Below, one piece after another: positions 28,195 to 37,789 of a stretch of DNA of 52,693 nucleotides (within the stretch, counting starts at the first letter, position 1; each line of letters begins with the position of its first letter). This DNA is from a virus. Where the stretch lies: IMG/VR virus record IMGVR_UViG_3300045988_154063, positions 1-52,693 of that record. One strand, given 5' to 3'. The notes under the pieces were generated by a model. The model was not told the DNA's origin. It ran no database searches and saw only the letters and a list, made by a program, of their open reading frames with translations. A program made the translations under genes and the position numbers.

Positions 28195-28834
28195 ATCGCC
28201 CGAATGGTATGCGATGCGCAAAACGCACATAGGCGGGAGCGACGCCGCTTGCATATTAGGCTATGACAAATACCGCAGCAGGCTTGATTTATGGAACGAA
28301 ATGACGGGCAAGGCGGTTAAAGAACGCAAGGTAAATGCTTTAATGGAGTACGGCACGAAAGCCGAAGAACCCCTTGCAGAGTTGTTTGCACTCGATTTTC
28401 CGCAACTCACCGTGCTATCGTCAAAAGATTGTGTTTTTGTAAACGACACCACCGAATACCAAAGCGAATACCAAATGGCAAGCCTTGACTTGCTATTGAT
28501 AGACCATGCGATAAACGAGCAAGGTTTTTGCGAGATAAAGACGGTGAACGACATCGGCGGGAAGTTAAGGAAAGAATGGGCAATGAATAAAATACCTCAA
28601 AAATATTATTGCCAAATCTTACATTATTTTGCCGTCAATGAAGAGTTTAAGTTTGCGTACATTATGGCGCATATAAAATCGAACGACGGTGCAATGCCTT
28701 ATGCCGAAACGATATATCGGACGGTGAGGCGGGAAGACGTAATCGACGATATTGAATACCTTATGCAAAAGGAAAACGAATTTATGAATTGCGTAATCAA
28801 TCGGACTAAACCGAGTGAAATAATAAATTTTTAA
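28166..28834 (+). CDS. YqaJ-like recombination exonuclease (lambda Exo family)
   Basis: N-terminal SPEWYAMRKTHIGGSDAACILG motif, and the gene is adjacent to RecT. Confidence 0.7.
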   Translation: MAKILEVKYKSPEWYAMRKTHIGGSDAACILGYDKYRSRLDLWNEMTGKAVKERKVNALMEYGTKAEEPLAELFALDFPQLTVLSSKDCVFVNDTTEYQSEYQMASLDLLLIDHAINEQGFCEIKTVNDIGGKLRKEWAMNKIPQKYYCQILHYFAVNEEFKFAYIMAHIKSNDGAMPYAETIYRTVRREDVIDDIEYLMQKENEFMNCVINRTKPSEIINF

Positions 28835-28851
28835 TCAAAGAGGTGTAAAAA

Positions 28852-29742
28852 ATGGAACTTATTGTTTACAATGCAAACGAACAGCAAATAAAGCCTATTC
28901 AGTGGAATAAGGATGTTATCGAAGAAAAGGTTAAAGCCTTACTCGAACCGTTTAAAAATCAACTTTTCACAGACCAAACGATACCCGAAGCAAAGGACGC
29001 AAGGGCAAAATTAAACGGCTTGTCGAAACAACTTAACGCTTGGCGAATTGAGCAAACGAGAGATTTTCTCGCACCTGTCGAACAATTCAAAAGCGAGGTT
29101 GACGAAGTAAAGAACCTTATCGACGAAGCAAGTAAACGCATTGACGGCGTTGTTAAAGACTATCAGACACGAGAGCAGGAAGAAAAGAAACAACTTATTG
29201 AAAAGATTTATTCAAAGGTTTTTTACGGCTATATCACCCTTGTGCCGCTCGACAAGATATTTAATCAAAAGTGGCTAAACAAGGCTTACACCGAAAAACT
29301 CATTGAAAAGGAACTCACGGCAATTTTAGACAAGATTGTCGAAGATGTAACCGTAATCGACACAACGTTTTCGGATAAAGACGAAAGACTTGAAATCAAA
29401 ACCGAATACTTTAAGTCGTTAAATCTTGCCGTAACGTTATCCGAATACAATCGGCGCAAAGAATACAAACAGCATTTACAAGAGCAAGCGAAAGCAGAAG
29501 AGGAACGCAAGTTGCAAGCACAAGCCGAAAATCAGCCTGCAAGGCACGAAATGCAAGCAACCGAACAAGTAGCCGAAGAAGAGAAAGAACAACCGAAAAC
29601 GGTTACATTATCGGCTAACGGCAACATTTTAACGAAGCCGAAAATTTACGAAATGTCTTTTAGAATTACGGCAACGAAAGAACAATTACTTGCACTCCGT
29701 GAGTTTTTTGAAAACAATGATATTCAATACGAAAAAATATAA
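28852..29742 (+). CDS. Hypothetical coiled-coil protein between Exo and RecT
   Basis: 296 aa, charged and predicted helical. Confidence 0.35.
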   Translation: MELIVYNANEQQIKPIQWNKDVIEEKVKALLEPFKNQLFTDQTIPEAKDARAKLNGLSKQLNAWRIEQTRDFLAPVEQFKSEVDEVKNLIDEASKRIDGVVKDYQTREQEEKKQLIEKIYSKVFYGYITLVPLDKIFNQKWLNKAYTEKLIEKELTAILDKIVEDVTVIDTTFSDKDERLEIKTEYFKSLNLAVTLSEYNRRKEYKQHLQEQAKAEEERKLQAQAENQPARHEMQATEQVAEEEKEQPKTVTLSANGNILTKPKIYEMSFRITATKEQLLALREFFENNDIQYEKI

Positions 29743-29758
29743 TAGGAGATAAATAATT

Positions 29759-30805
29759 ATGGCTTTAACAAACACATTAGCACCTAAGAAAGAAGAAAAA
29801 ACAAAACTTACATTTAGCACTTTTTGCTCAAACAGGAAAAAGAGCATTGAAGAAATGCTCGGCAAAGATGGCGCAACACGTTTTGTATCGGCGATTGTAT
29901 CAGCCGTTGCAACAACGCCCGCACTTGCCGACTGTTCGCACGCCTCACTTTTGAGCGGCGCATTGCTTGGCGAAAGCCTTAAACTTGCACATTCCCCGCA
30001 ACTCGGTCAATACTACCTTGTGCCGTTTAAAGACAGAAAATCTAACACCACGCAAGCACAGTTCATTCTCGGCGTGAAAGGATGGAAACAACTTGCTATC
30101 AGAAGTGGGCAGTACCGCTTGATAAATGCTATTCCTGTAAAAGAGGGCGAATATCTTGGACTTGACCCACTCACCGCCGAGCCGAAAATACGCTTTATCA
30201 CCGACGCCGATAAAAGAGATAAACTCCCGATTGTAGGCTATTACGCTTACTTTGAACTGTTAAACGGTTATCGCCGTGGCTTGTATTGGACGAAAACCCA
30301 CACGCTCGAACACGCCGACCGTTACTCGCAAGCGTTTTCGTGGCACGGCGTAAACACTGATAAAATGCAAAAGGTTTCTTACGAAGATTACTTGCTCGGC
30401 AAGTACCCGAAGCAAGACGAATGGAAATATTCCTCGTTTTGGTATAAAGACTTTGACACTATGGCTTGCGGGAAAGTCGTTAAAGCGTTGTTAAGCGGTG
30501 GGGACGCTCCGTTGTCTATCGAAATGCAACAAGCAATCAATGCGGACGAAAACGTTGTTGAAATGAGCGAGGACGAAGAGTTCCACTTCGGCACTGCCGA
30601 CAAAGCTGACAATGTTTCGCCCGATATCCCCGAAAATATTGACGAAGACGGCGTAGTTTTAGACACAACGGACGAAACCGCCGAAAACGAACAAGCACCC
30701 ACCGAAGAACCGAAAAAGGCTACAAGGGCAAAAAGAACGGCTCAAACAACCGAAGAAAGTCAAGAAGAAATGTCCGATATGTTTTTCGGCAACAAAAAGA
30801 AATAA
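29759..30805 (+). CDS. recT: RecT-family single-strand annealing protein
   Basis: Conserved RecT core (...GALLGESLKLAHSPQLGQYYLVPF...FILGVKGWKQLAIRSGQY...) followed by an acidic C-terminal tail. Confidence 0.75.
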   Translation: MALTNTLAPKKEEKTKLTFSTFCSNRKKSIEEMLGKDGATRFVSAIVSAVATTPALADCSHASLLSGALLGESLKLAHSPQLGQYYLVPFKDRKSNTTQAQFILGVKGWKQLAIRSGQYRLINAIPVKEGEYLGLDPLTAEPKIRFITDADKRDKLPIVGYYAYFELLNGYRRGLYWTKTHTLEHADRYSQAFSWHGVNTDKMQKVSYEDYLLGKYPKQDEWKYSSFWYKDFDTMACGKVVKALLSGGDAPLSIEMQQAINADENVVEMSEDEEFHFGTADKADNVSPDIPENIDEDGVVLDTTDETAENEQAPTEEPKKATRAKRTAQTTEESQEEMSDMFFGNKKK

Positions 30806-30866
30806 TTAAAAGGAGAGATACACCGCCGTATGGAACAATTTAATAAACCGTGCGGCGGTTTTACTA

Positions 30867-31046
30867 TTTATGTCGAATAAATGGGAAGAGTTGACAACCG
30901 ACCAAATGAGCAGGGCGAATACGATTGTGCAAAGACTTGTAAACGATTGTATAAGTCGTTGGGACGGAAAAAATAAAACGCACACGGCGTTCGATACTTA
31001 CGACAAAGTTGAAAATATTCACAATATCTTACACGAAAATGATTAA
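30867..31046 (+). CDS. Hypothetical small protein
   Basis: 59 aa ORF just below the track cutoff, with only a weak ribosome-binding site. Confidence 0.2.
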   Translation, partial: FMSNKWEELTTDQMSRANTIVQRLVNDCISRWDGKNKTHTAFDTYDKVENIHNILHEND

Positions 31047-31058
31047 AGGAGAAAGGTA

Positions 31059-31901
31059 ATGAATAAAGAACAGTTAATTGAGGAAATGGCATTTATAGCC
31101 TTGAAAAATACACTGTCATATACATGTGCAAAGCAAATTGCAATAAATTTTTACAATGCAGGCTATCGCCAAATCGATGAGAATAGTGTTGTGATAACGA
31201 AAGCCGAATTAAAAGAGTATAAAAGGCAAGCCGTGAAAAAATTTGCGGACGAATTGAAAGCAAAAGACGAAATCATTTCAATCGTCAAAAAGGCGATAGC
31301 GGCTAACTCTTACATAGCCTTGTCGGACGATAGAGTAATATCAGATTGTAACGGCGTTGACCATATAGCGGAAGAAGTCGCCGACGCCGTTTACAACTTT
31401 TATAAACCTATCGACAACGAGCCTGACGGCGCAGTTATTCTTACGCCCGAAGAAAGGGACGAAGAAATAAAAGCGTGTAATGAAAAGCAAGCGGAACTCG
31501 AAAACGAGATTGAAAAAGGGAAGGTCGATTACTACATTAAAGGCGTTGAGGACGGACGACAAGATTTCGAACTTATAAAAAAACAAAACTTTGAACTTTT
31601 AGAAGAGGTCAAGCAATTAGAAGCCGACAATGGGCGGTTCGTGTTGGCAGTAGAAAAATTTGACGAGTTTGCAAGAGGCATAAGCAAAACAAGAATAGAG
31701 ATTACAGGTGAAGCAATTCCGACTTGCAAAACGCTGTTGGAATATATCAAAAAAGAAAAGCGCAAGGCGGTTGAAGAGTTTGCGGAAATTTTAAAAGAAA
31801 AGTTCGGCGAATACGAGGTGTGGCATTACGACGGCGAAGACGAAGCCTGGCACGACTTGAAAGAAGAAATCGACGAACTATTAAAGGAGCTTACGGAATG
31901 A
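31059..31901 (+). CDS. Hypothetical protein
   Basis: 280 aa with a strong ribosome-binding site (AAAGGAGAAAGG) and an acidic C-terminal half. Confidence 0.45.
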   Translation: MNKEQLIEEMAFIALKNTLSYTCAKQIAINFYNAGYRQIDENSVVITKAELKEYKRQAVKKFADELKAKDEIISIVKKAIAANSYIALSDDRVISDCNGVDHIAEEVADAVYNFYKPIDNEPDGAVILTPEERDEEIKACNEKQAELENEIEKGKVDYYIKGVEDGRQDFELIKKQNFELLEEVKQLEADNGRFVLAVEKFDEFARGISKTRIEITGEAIPTCKTLLEYIKKEKRKAVEEFAEILKEKFGEYEVWHYDGEDEAWHDLKEEIDELLKELTE

Positions 31902-32058
31902 TACAATTACGGGGCGGCGTGTTTGTAAATAAAAATCAAACAAAGAGTAAATAAATAGAGTATCAATCAAAATATCCATCAAAAAACAGGCTGGGTTTTA
32001 TTTATGATATAAAAAGTGTGCATTTTAAGAAACCGCCCTTTCTTATCTAATAAAAATT

Positions 32059-32670
32059 ATGGAAGAAATCTTTAAAAACTTTGAACCGCCGTTTGACGGC
32101 TATAAAATAAGCAATTACGGGCGAATATTTAATCCAAAAGGAAAAGAAATTTTCCCGTCCGCAAAACGCATGGGAAAACATATTTATTGTTTTGTAAACA
32201 TAAATATTCGTAACAAAAATTTAACCGCAAGAAAACATTCTTCTTTGGCTGTGGAAGTTTATAAAGCGTTCGGCGTGGGCTATCAAAAGGGAGCAAAGGT
32301 GTATCACAAAGACAACGATATGTTTAATTGCCGAATTGATAATTTGTTTATTGCAAAAGGGTATTTAATGCCACCTTCCGCAGAACAAATAGAAATTTAC
32401 ATAAACAATGTTATTCCTTGCGTAAAACATTATGTGGGTGTTAAAAAACTTAATGATTATGCCGATATATGCGACATAGACGATGTTATAGGTGAAAGCT
32501 ATTTGTTGATATGGAAACACCTTTCACAATTTAAATTAACCAATAAATTTTATTCGTTTTGCGCACAATATGTGCAATGGGCTTTTATCTTTGCGTACAA
32601 AAAAGCAAAACGAGAACAAGAATTTATCAATAATTATGGAGGAATAATAAAAAATGACTTACGGTTGTGA
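32059..32670 (+). CDS. HNH homing endonuclease (NUMOD4 plus HNH_3-like)
   Basis: NUMOD4-like YKISNYGRIFN and HNH_3-like VYHKDNDMFNCRIDNLFI. It is free-standing and flanked by noncoding DNA. Confidence 0.55.
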   Translation: MEEIFKNFEPPFDGYKISNYGRIFNPKGKEIFPSAKRMGKHIYCFVNINIRNKNLTARKHSSLAVEVYKAFGVGYQKGAKVYHKDNDMFNCRIDNLFIAKGYLMPPSAEQIEIYINNVIPCVKHYVGVKKLNDYADICDIDDVIGESYLLIWKHLSQFKLTNKFYSFCAQYVQWAFIFAYKKAKREQEFINNYGGIIKNDLRL

Positions 32671-32792
32671 TTATGAGTTTTGTTTTTTGATAGAAATTTA
32701 TCACACAAACGAACTTTGCTTGTATTGCAAAAATTGCATACGGCGTGAAGAAATTCAAAAGGAGTTAAACGAAACGTTAAAGGAGTATGAAA

Positions 32793-33098
32793 ATGATAAT
32801 TGATTATATCGGTCAGGAGCTGATTTGGAACTTAACTGCGACACACCCGTATAAACAAAATCGTGGGAATTACAGCATAATGATTAACTGTAAAACCCCG
32901 AAACAGAACAAAGACGCCGTTCGCTTTTTGAAGTCGCATCTCGGCAACAAACTTTTGACCGTAGAAACGCAAAAATACCTTGACAAAAACACAGGGTTGG
33001 AATGTGTTCTCGTTAGCAAAATATCCGTCCCTGACGCGTTTGACGGCTTTGGAGAAGCGATATTCGTAAATGAATTTGCAAGGGAGATTAAAAAATGA
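32793..33098 (+). CDS. Hypothetical protein
   Basis: About 101 aa, with a ribosome-binding site placed for the second ATG. Confidence 0.35.
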   Translation: MIIDYIGQELIWNLTATHPYKQNRGNYSIMINCKTPKQNKDAVRFLKSHLGNKLLTVETQKYLDKNTGLECVLVSKISVPDAFDGFGEAIFVNEFAREIKK

Positions 33099-33400
33099 AA
33101 GTAACAATAACAACTAAGCAAGCGTTTAATTGCTTGCCAAAAAAAGACAAAATCAGCGTTTATATGCAAGGCTTTAAAACCTATCAAGAATTGTTTTGGG
33201 GCGCAAACGATATTAAAGTTGCGTTTTCAAATGCTAACAAAATAAAAATAAATACAGACATTGAGCGTATGCACGGACACGGCATTGAAGTCGTTGCTTC
33301 CGATACTAACCGCCGTTATGAAATGCTTTTTGTAGAGCATGACGAAGAAAAACTACTAAAATTGCAAAAGGAGTTAAACCCCTGCGATGATGATTTCTAA
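33095..33400 (+). CDS. Hypothetical protein
   Basis: 101 aa, with an ATGA overlap to the upstream gene. Confidence 0.35.
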   Translation: MKVTITTKQAFNCLPKKDKISVYMQGFKTYQELFWGANDIKVAFSNANKIKINTDIERMHGHGIEVVASDTNRRYEMLFVEHDEEKLLKLQKELNPCDDDF

Positions 33401-33599
33401 ACCATTTAAAATGTTAAAATGCGGCGGCGTTCCTGCAAACCCTGTAAATTCTATTAAAAAGTCCAAAGTTTACGAATGTGATAAAGGACAAGACATTAGA
33501 GTAATAAATTATTGCCTTTATTCCTGCCCTCACTCAAAATGCACGGGAAACCGTTGCAAAGAACTCATTGATTATCAACACTCTTTAAAGGAGAATTAA
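33387..33599 (+). CDS. Cys-rich small protein, a putative zinc ribbon
   Basis: 70 aa with CxxC-type pairs (CGG..C...CLYSCPHSKCTGNRC). Confidence 0.3.
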   Translation: MMISKPFKMLKCGGVPANPVNSIKKSKVYECDKGQDIRVINYCLYSCPHSKCTGNRCKELIDYQHSLKEN

Positions 33600-33601
33600 A
33601 A

Positions 33602-33994
33602 ATGAACGATAGACAAAGACAATTATACGAACTTTTGCTTTTATACGGCGACGTTCCTCTTAAACAAGCCGAAATTGGGCGAGTTTTTATTGACGATTAC
33701 GATGATTGCAATTGTTTAGATTACCACAACTCTCACGCTCGGCAAGTCCTTACTGCCGACATAAGAGAAATCAACAACGATTTGTCTGTGGAGAAAATCA
33801 TTGTTTCGTCAAAAAACGGCATAAAACTTGCTACAAAGGACGAAGCGACACGCTACATTAAAGGACAGTACGCCGCACTCTTTCGCAAGTTAAAACGCAT
33901 TAGAACCCTTGAAAAGAAAGCACGCTTAGACGGTCAATTCAAAATCTTTACGGACGAAAACGGCGATTTTGTTTCAAGTTTTGTCGAAGAATAA
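33602..33994 (+). CDS. Hypothetical protein, a possible regulator
   Basis: 130 aa with no confident family assignment. Confidence 0.3.
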   Translation: MNDRQRQLYELLLLYGDVPLKQAEIGRVFIDDYDDCNCLDYHNSHARQVLTADIREINNDLSVEKIIVSSKNGIKLATKDEATRYIKGQYAALFRKLKRIRTLEKKARLDGQFKIFTDENGDFVSSFVEE

Positions 33995-34059
33995 CGTGTA
34001 TTCTATTGACAATTACAAGCAAGTATTGTAAAATAATTACAATAAAAGGTGGTGAAAAA

Positions 34060-34227
34060 ATGAAACAACGAAAATGCAAGTTAGGGAAATTAGGCGGTTG
34101 TTTGGATTACGGTGATTGTGCGGACTGTATGTTTAGCAAAATGATTGATAAATACGAACGCAAAATCAAACGTTTAAAGACGAAAATTGAAAAATTAGAA
34201 AAAGTGCAAGAGAGCGGGGGTAATTAA
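34060..34227 (+). CDS. Hypothetical small Cys-containing protein
   Basis: 55 aa counted from the ATG preceded by AAAGGTGGTGA. Confidence 0.3.
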   Translation: MKQRKCKLGKLGGCLDYGDCADCMFSKMIDKYERKIKRLKTKIEKLEKVQESGGN

Positions 34228-34230
34228 AAA

Positions 34231-34905
34231 TTGAAAATAGCAAAAGTGCATTGTTTATTTGAGCAAAGTGGAACTTTTAAAAATGAGTTTAAAAAACTTG
34301 GCTATCACGCCGAAGATTACGATATTCTTAACGATTTTGGCGAAACGGATAATGTGGTCGATTTGTTTGCCGAAATCGAAAATGCTTACGCCGGCGAGCA
34401 ATCGATATTTGATAACTTCTTCCCTAACGATTTGATTTTAGCGTTTTTCCCTTGTACGAGATTTCAAGAAAGCATAACAATGTCTTATAGAGGCGTGAGT
34501 TCGCAAATGCAAAAATGGGATGATAAACATAAAGTTGAATATGTTTTCAACTTACATAAAGAACTTAATTTGTTTTATGAATTGTTTTGTAAAATGTATT
34601 TGTTTTGCCTTACAAAAGGGTTACGTTTAATTGTCGAAAACCCTTATTGTGGGCAACATTACTTAATACAATATTTCCCTATAAAGGCTTCATTGATTGA
34701 TATGGATAGGACAAGACGGGGCGATTATTATAAAAAGCCTTCCCAATATTGGTTTGTGAATTGCAATCCTGAAAATAAAATGTTACCCGAAGCAACTTAT
34801 ACACAATCTCAACAAAAGAAAATTAGAGAAGTGCGTAACAAGGTCGAAAGGTCAATGATTAGCAAAGAATACGCTAACCGTTTTATTAGAGAATTTATAT
34901 TATAA
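34231..34905 (+). CDS. Hypothetical protein with weak DNA (cytosine-5) methyltransferase-like motifs
   Basis: TTG start. The motifs LFEQSGTF (motif I-like), FFPCTRF (PC motif-like) and IVENP (ENV-like) are present, but at 224 aa the protein is short for a complete methyltransferase. Confidence 0.25.
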   Translation: MKIAKVHCLFEQSGTFKNEFKKLGYHAEDYDILNDFGETDNVVDLFAEIENAYAGEQSIFDNFFPNDLILAFFPCTRFQESITMSYRGVSSQMQKWDDKHKVEYVFNLHKELNLFYELFCKMYLFCLTKGLRLIVENPYCGQHYLIQYFPIKASLIDMDRTRRGDYYKKPSQYWFVNCNPENKMLPEATYTQSQQKKIREVRNKVERSMISKEYANRFIREFIL

Positions 34906-34920
34906 AGGAGCAAAAAATAA

Positions 34921-35103
34921 ATGAACACTGAAAAGATGTACACTTTGGCAGAAGTTGCCGAAGAATTACGAAAGTCAAGCCGAACAATTTATAATTATGT
35001 TTTAGGCAAGCGGATTAAAACTGTCAAGGTCGGTTCTCGTTATCTTGTTTGCGAAAGCGAACTTAACTACATCAAAACTAACGGTTTAAGAGAAAAGGAG
35101 TGA
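34921..35103 (+). CDS. Excisionase or MerR-like HTH DNA-binding protein
   Basis: YTLAEVAEELRKSSRTIYNYV...KVGSRYLV. Confidence 0.5.
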   Translation: MNTEKMYTLAEVAEELRKSSRTIYNYVLGKRIKTVKVGSRYLVCESELNYIKTNGLREKE

Positions 35104-35107
35104 AATT

Positions 35108-35512
35108 ATGAATAACGTACAACTTATTGGCAACCTTACTCGCGACCCCGAATTGAGCGAAACCGCAAAAGGCGTTTCGTTTGCAAAATTTACAATTGCC
35201 GTTACTCGCCCTTACTCTTCGGGCGAAAACAAAACTGCGGACTTTTTTAACATTGTTGCTTGGCGTGGCTTAGCCGAGAACTGTGGCAAGTGGCTAAGCA
35301 AAGGCAGTAAAGTAGGCGTAATCGGTCGTTTAGAGAACAACTCTTACACGGACAAAAACGGCGATAAACGCACGGTTACGAACATTGTAGCCGAGCAAGT
35401 AGAGTTTCTTAACACAAGGCAAGACGTGGGCGGTAACAACGACAACAACAATCGTTACCGTAAAGGGCAACAGCAGTTAGACGATTACACGGACGACGAT
35501 TTGCCGTTTTAA
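35108..35512 (+). CDS. ssb: Single-stranded DNA-binding protein
   Basis: OB-fold N-terminus (VQLIGNLTRDPEL...) and an acidic C-terminal tip ending DDDLPF. Confidence 0.85.
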   Translation: MNNVQLIGNLTRDPELSETAKGVSFAKFTIAVTRPYSSGENKTADFFNIVAWRGLAENCGKWLSKGSKVGVIGRLENNSYTDKNGDKRTVTNIVAEQVEFLNTRQDVGGNNDNNNRYRKGQQQLDDYTDDDLPF

Positions 35513-35522
35513 GGGGAGTGTT

Positions 35523-35672
35523 ATGCAAACCGACAAAGATAATACGCCTAAGGAAAAATCTGAAATTGGTGCGGAAATTATTAAAGCCTTACAAGAAGCG
35601 ATTGACGAAGCAAAAGCCGAAAAGCAGCAAAAACAAGGACTTAAAAAAAGGAGAAATAAAAATGTGCGATAA
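35523..35672 (+). CDS. Hypothetical small charged protein
   Basis: 49 aa with the ribosome-binding site AAGGGGAG. The ORF track fuses it with the next gene in an A-rich junk frame at 35518..35958. Confidence 0.35.
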   Translation: MQTDKDNTPKEKSEIGAEIIKALQEAIDEAKAEKQQKQGLKKRRNKNVR

Positions 35673-35958
35673 AAGATTTTTGTTTGAAAAATTGTCTTTT
35701 GATTATAGTTATTATAAAGCTCGATTTGATTGCCCGTTCCCTTGCCAAAAATGCAGATTTAGATATCTTTCAAAGCCTGACTGTATTGCCGCAGTGCAAG
35801 CCACAGTTCTTTTTTATAGTGGCTACCGAAAAACGGGTAAAAAAATATGCGAGTTTCCTATTGCTAATAAAAGCGCAACATTTCAACGTTGCGATAATAC
35901 AGTAGACGCAATAGAAGATGAATTGCCCGACGACTTAAAGGAGAAAAAAGATGACTGA
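35662..35958 (+). CDS. Cys-rich protein, a putative zinc-binding protein
   Basis: 98 aa counted from the ATG preceded by AAAGGAG, with CPFPCQKC and other Cys clusters. Confidence 0.4.
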   Translation: MCDKRFLFEKLSFDYSYYKARFDCPFPCQKCRFRYLSKPDCIAAVQATVLFYSGYRKTGKKICEFPIANKSATFQRCDNTVDAIEDELPDDLKEKKDD

Positions 35959-36376
35959 TAAAAAACTAACCACACCACTTACAACTGATATTAGTGGTGA
36001 AAATAAAGATAAAAAATTAAATTTTAGCCGAATGCCTTATTATGTAGAAACACCTATAAGAGAAATTGACAACGATGATTTTAAACAAATAAAATCGGAC
36101 ATAGAAGAAATAAATGTAGCAAGATGTTTAAGGTTTTCCGAGAACTCAATAATCGTTTTGACTTACTATTTGTATTCTAAAAATTACAAAAAATGCGACG
36201 CACTTGCTGAATATTATGAAAGACAAGCTCAAAAAGAGAAAAACGAAGAAATTCAAAGATTACAAAAAGATTTGAAAAATCAAGAAATCGACCATTATCA
36301 AGAATTATATTTAACAACAAATAACCCTGTATATTTGAAACTACTACAACACGCAAAGGAGAAAAAAGATGAATAA
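35951..36376 (+). CDS. Hypothetical protein
   Basis: 141 aa with a ribosome-binding site. Confidence 0.4.
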   Translation: MTDKKLTTPLTTDISGENKDKKLNFSRMPYYVETPIREIDNDDFKQIKSDIEEINVARCLRFSENSIIVLTYYLYSKNYKKCDALAEYYERQAQKEKNEEIQRLQKDLKNQEIDHYQELYLTTNNPVYLKLLQHAKEKKDE

Positions 36377-36581
36377 AAATAAAATAGTAAAAACAAAACT
36401 TGTTGTTGGCGACATAGAAACTTTTTCTCAACTGTTACAAGAAACAATAGACGATTTTCAAAAAGATTTGCTTGAAGTCGAAGTGCAATTTAAAACGGAC
36501 GTAGAGGGATTTTATGCGCTTGTTTTAGGGCGTGATGTTGGCAATTATTATATGAATGATATTTTTTCAAGGAGAAAATAA
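36369..36581 (+). CDS. Hypothetical protein
   Basis: 70 aa with overlapping start and stop codons. Confidence 0.35.
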   Translation: MNKNKIVKTKLVVGDIETFSQLLQETIDDFQKDLLEVEVQFKTDVEGFYALVLGRDVGNYYMNDIFSRRK

Positions 36582-37774
36582 TGCCGACGCTTGACGAATT
36601 AAAACTTTTACAAGCCTTGCCGTTGGAATTAAAAATTGCAAAGACTAAGGCAAGAATAAAAGAATGGGTGGACTTTCACGGCGTTGACAGCGTGTATGTT
36701 TCATTTTCGGGCGGTAAAGACAGCACGGTTTTGTTGCACATTTCAAGGTCAATGTACCCAAATATTAAAGCCGTCTTTTCCGATACAGGCTTAGAGTTGC
36801 CGTCTATTAGGTCGTTTGTCAAAACCCACAAAAATGTTGATTGGCTTAAACCTAAACTTACTTTTGGTGAAATCGTTAAGCAATACGGTTATCCGCTTTT
36901 TGGCAAAGAAATAAGTCATGCAATATGGTATGCGAGAAAGATTAAGTCAACTGATAAAGATAATACAGTCCAACGAGCAAATCGCTTAAAATTAACAGGG
37001 CAACTAACTCGAAACTGCGAAAAAACAATACAACATTTTCGTGAACGTAGTTTTTCTGATAAACAACAGGCAGACAAAAAACTTTCGATTTTTAATAAAG
37101 AGAAATATCTTCCCGCTTGCCAAACTCTCCCTTTTTTAATTGGCGATGTTTGTTGCTCAATAATGAAAAAACGACCGTTTCATGCATACGAAAAAGAAAA
37201 TCACAAAGTACCTATGATTGCAACACTTGCTGAAGAAAGCATGATGAGAACGCAATCTTGGCTAAGAAACGGTTGCAATGCTTTTGAGAGCAAAGACCCA
37301 AAATCTCAACCACTTTCTTTTTGGTTGGAACAAGACATTTTACAATACATAAAAGACAACAATATAACGATAGCAGACATTTACGGCGATATAATTTACA
37401 AAGACAAAAACGGCAATGCTTACGACAACACATTATGCAGACATTGCGGGAAACTTGCTTGTAGCGGAGTTGCGAGAACGGGGTGTGCGTTTTGCGGTTT
37501 TGGTGCAGGAAACGAACACAAAACGTTAGGCAAGTCAAGATATGAACTTTTAGCCGAGAAATACCCCAAAATTTACGATTTTGTGTTACGAGGTGGTGAA
37601 TGGGTTGAAAACCCTTATTATGAACCGTGTGCGCCTGAATACGACCCCGTAGACGGTTGGAGGAATTGGAACCCGAAAAAGATTTGGCAACCTACGGCTA
37701 ACGGTTTAGGTATGAAGTTTGTCTTTGACGAAGTAAATGCTATTTACGGAAAAGATTATATAAAATATCAATAA
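36581..37774 (+). CDS. PAPS-reductase-family PP-loop ATPase with a C-terminal Cys cluster (DndC-like, DNA-modification candidate)
   Basis: PP-loop VSFSGGKDSTVLLHI and C-terminal CRHCGKLACSGVARTGCAFCGF. It is directly upstream of a DNA methyltransferase. Confidence 0.65.
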   Translation: MPTLDELKLLQALPLELKIAKTKARIKEWVDFHGVDSVYVSFSGGKDSTVLLHISRSMYPNIKAVFSDTGLELPSIRSFVKTHKNVDWLKPKLTFGEIVKQYGYPLFGKEISHAIWYARKIKSTDKDNTVQRANRLKLTGQLTRNCEKTIQHFRERSFSDKQQADKKLSIFNKEKYLPACQTLPFLIGDVCCSIMKKRPFHAYEKENHKVPMIATLAEESMMRTQSWLRNGCNAFESKDPKSQPLSFWLEQDILQYIKDNNITIADIYGDIIYKDKNGNAYDNTLCRHCGKLACSGVARTGCAFCGFGAGNEHKTLGKSRYELLAEKYPKIYDFVLRGGEWVENPYYEPCAPEYDPVDGWRNWNPKKIWQPTANGLGMKFVFDEVNAIYGKDYIKYQ

Positions 37775-37789
37775 ACTAAAAGGAACATT

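Noticed and set aside
27003-31765. Minus-strand ORFs lie inside the plus-strand early genes (for example 27172..27753, 28261..28554 and 30388..30702).
   Set aside because: They are antisense to motif-supported genes (FtsK-like, YqaJ, RecT) and run against the direction of the operon.
35518-35958. The ORF track lists a 146 aa ORF starting with GTG.
   Set aside because: Its N-terminal 48 residues come from an A-rich junk frame. Two ribosome-binding-site-supported genes, 35523..35672 and 35662..35958, explain the region better.
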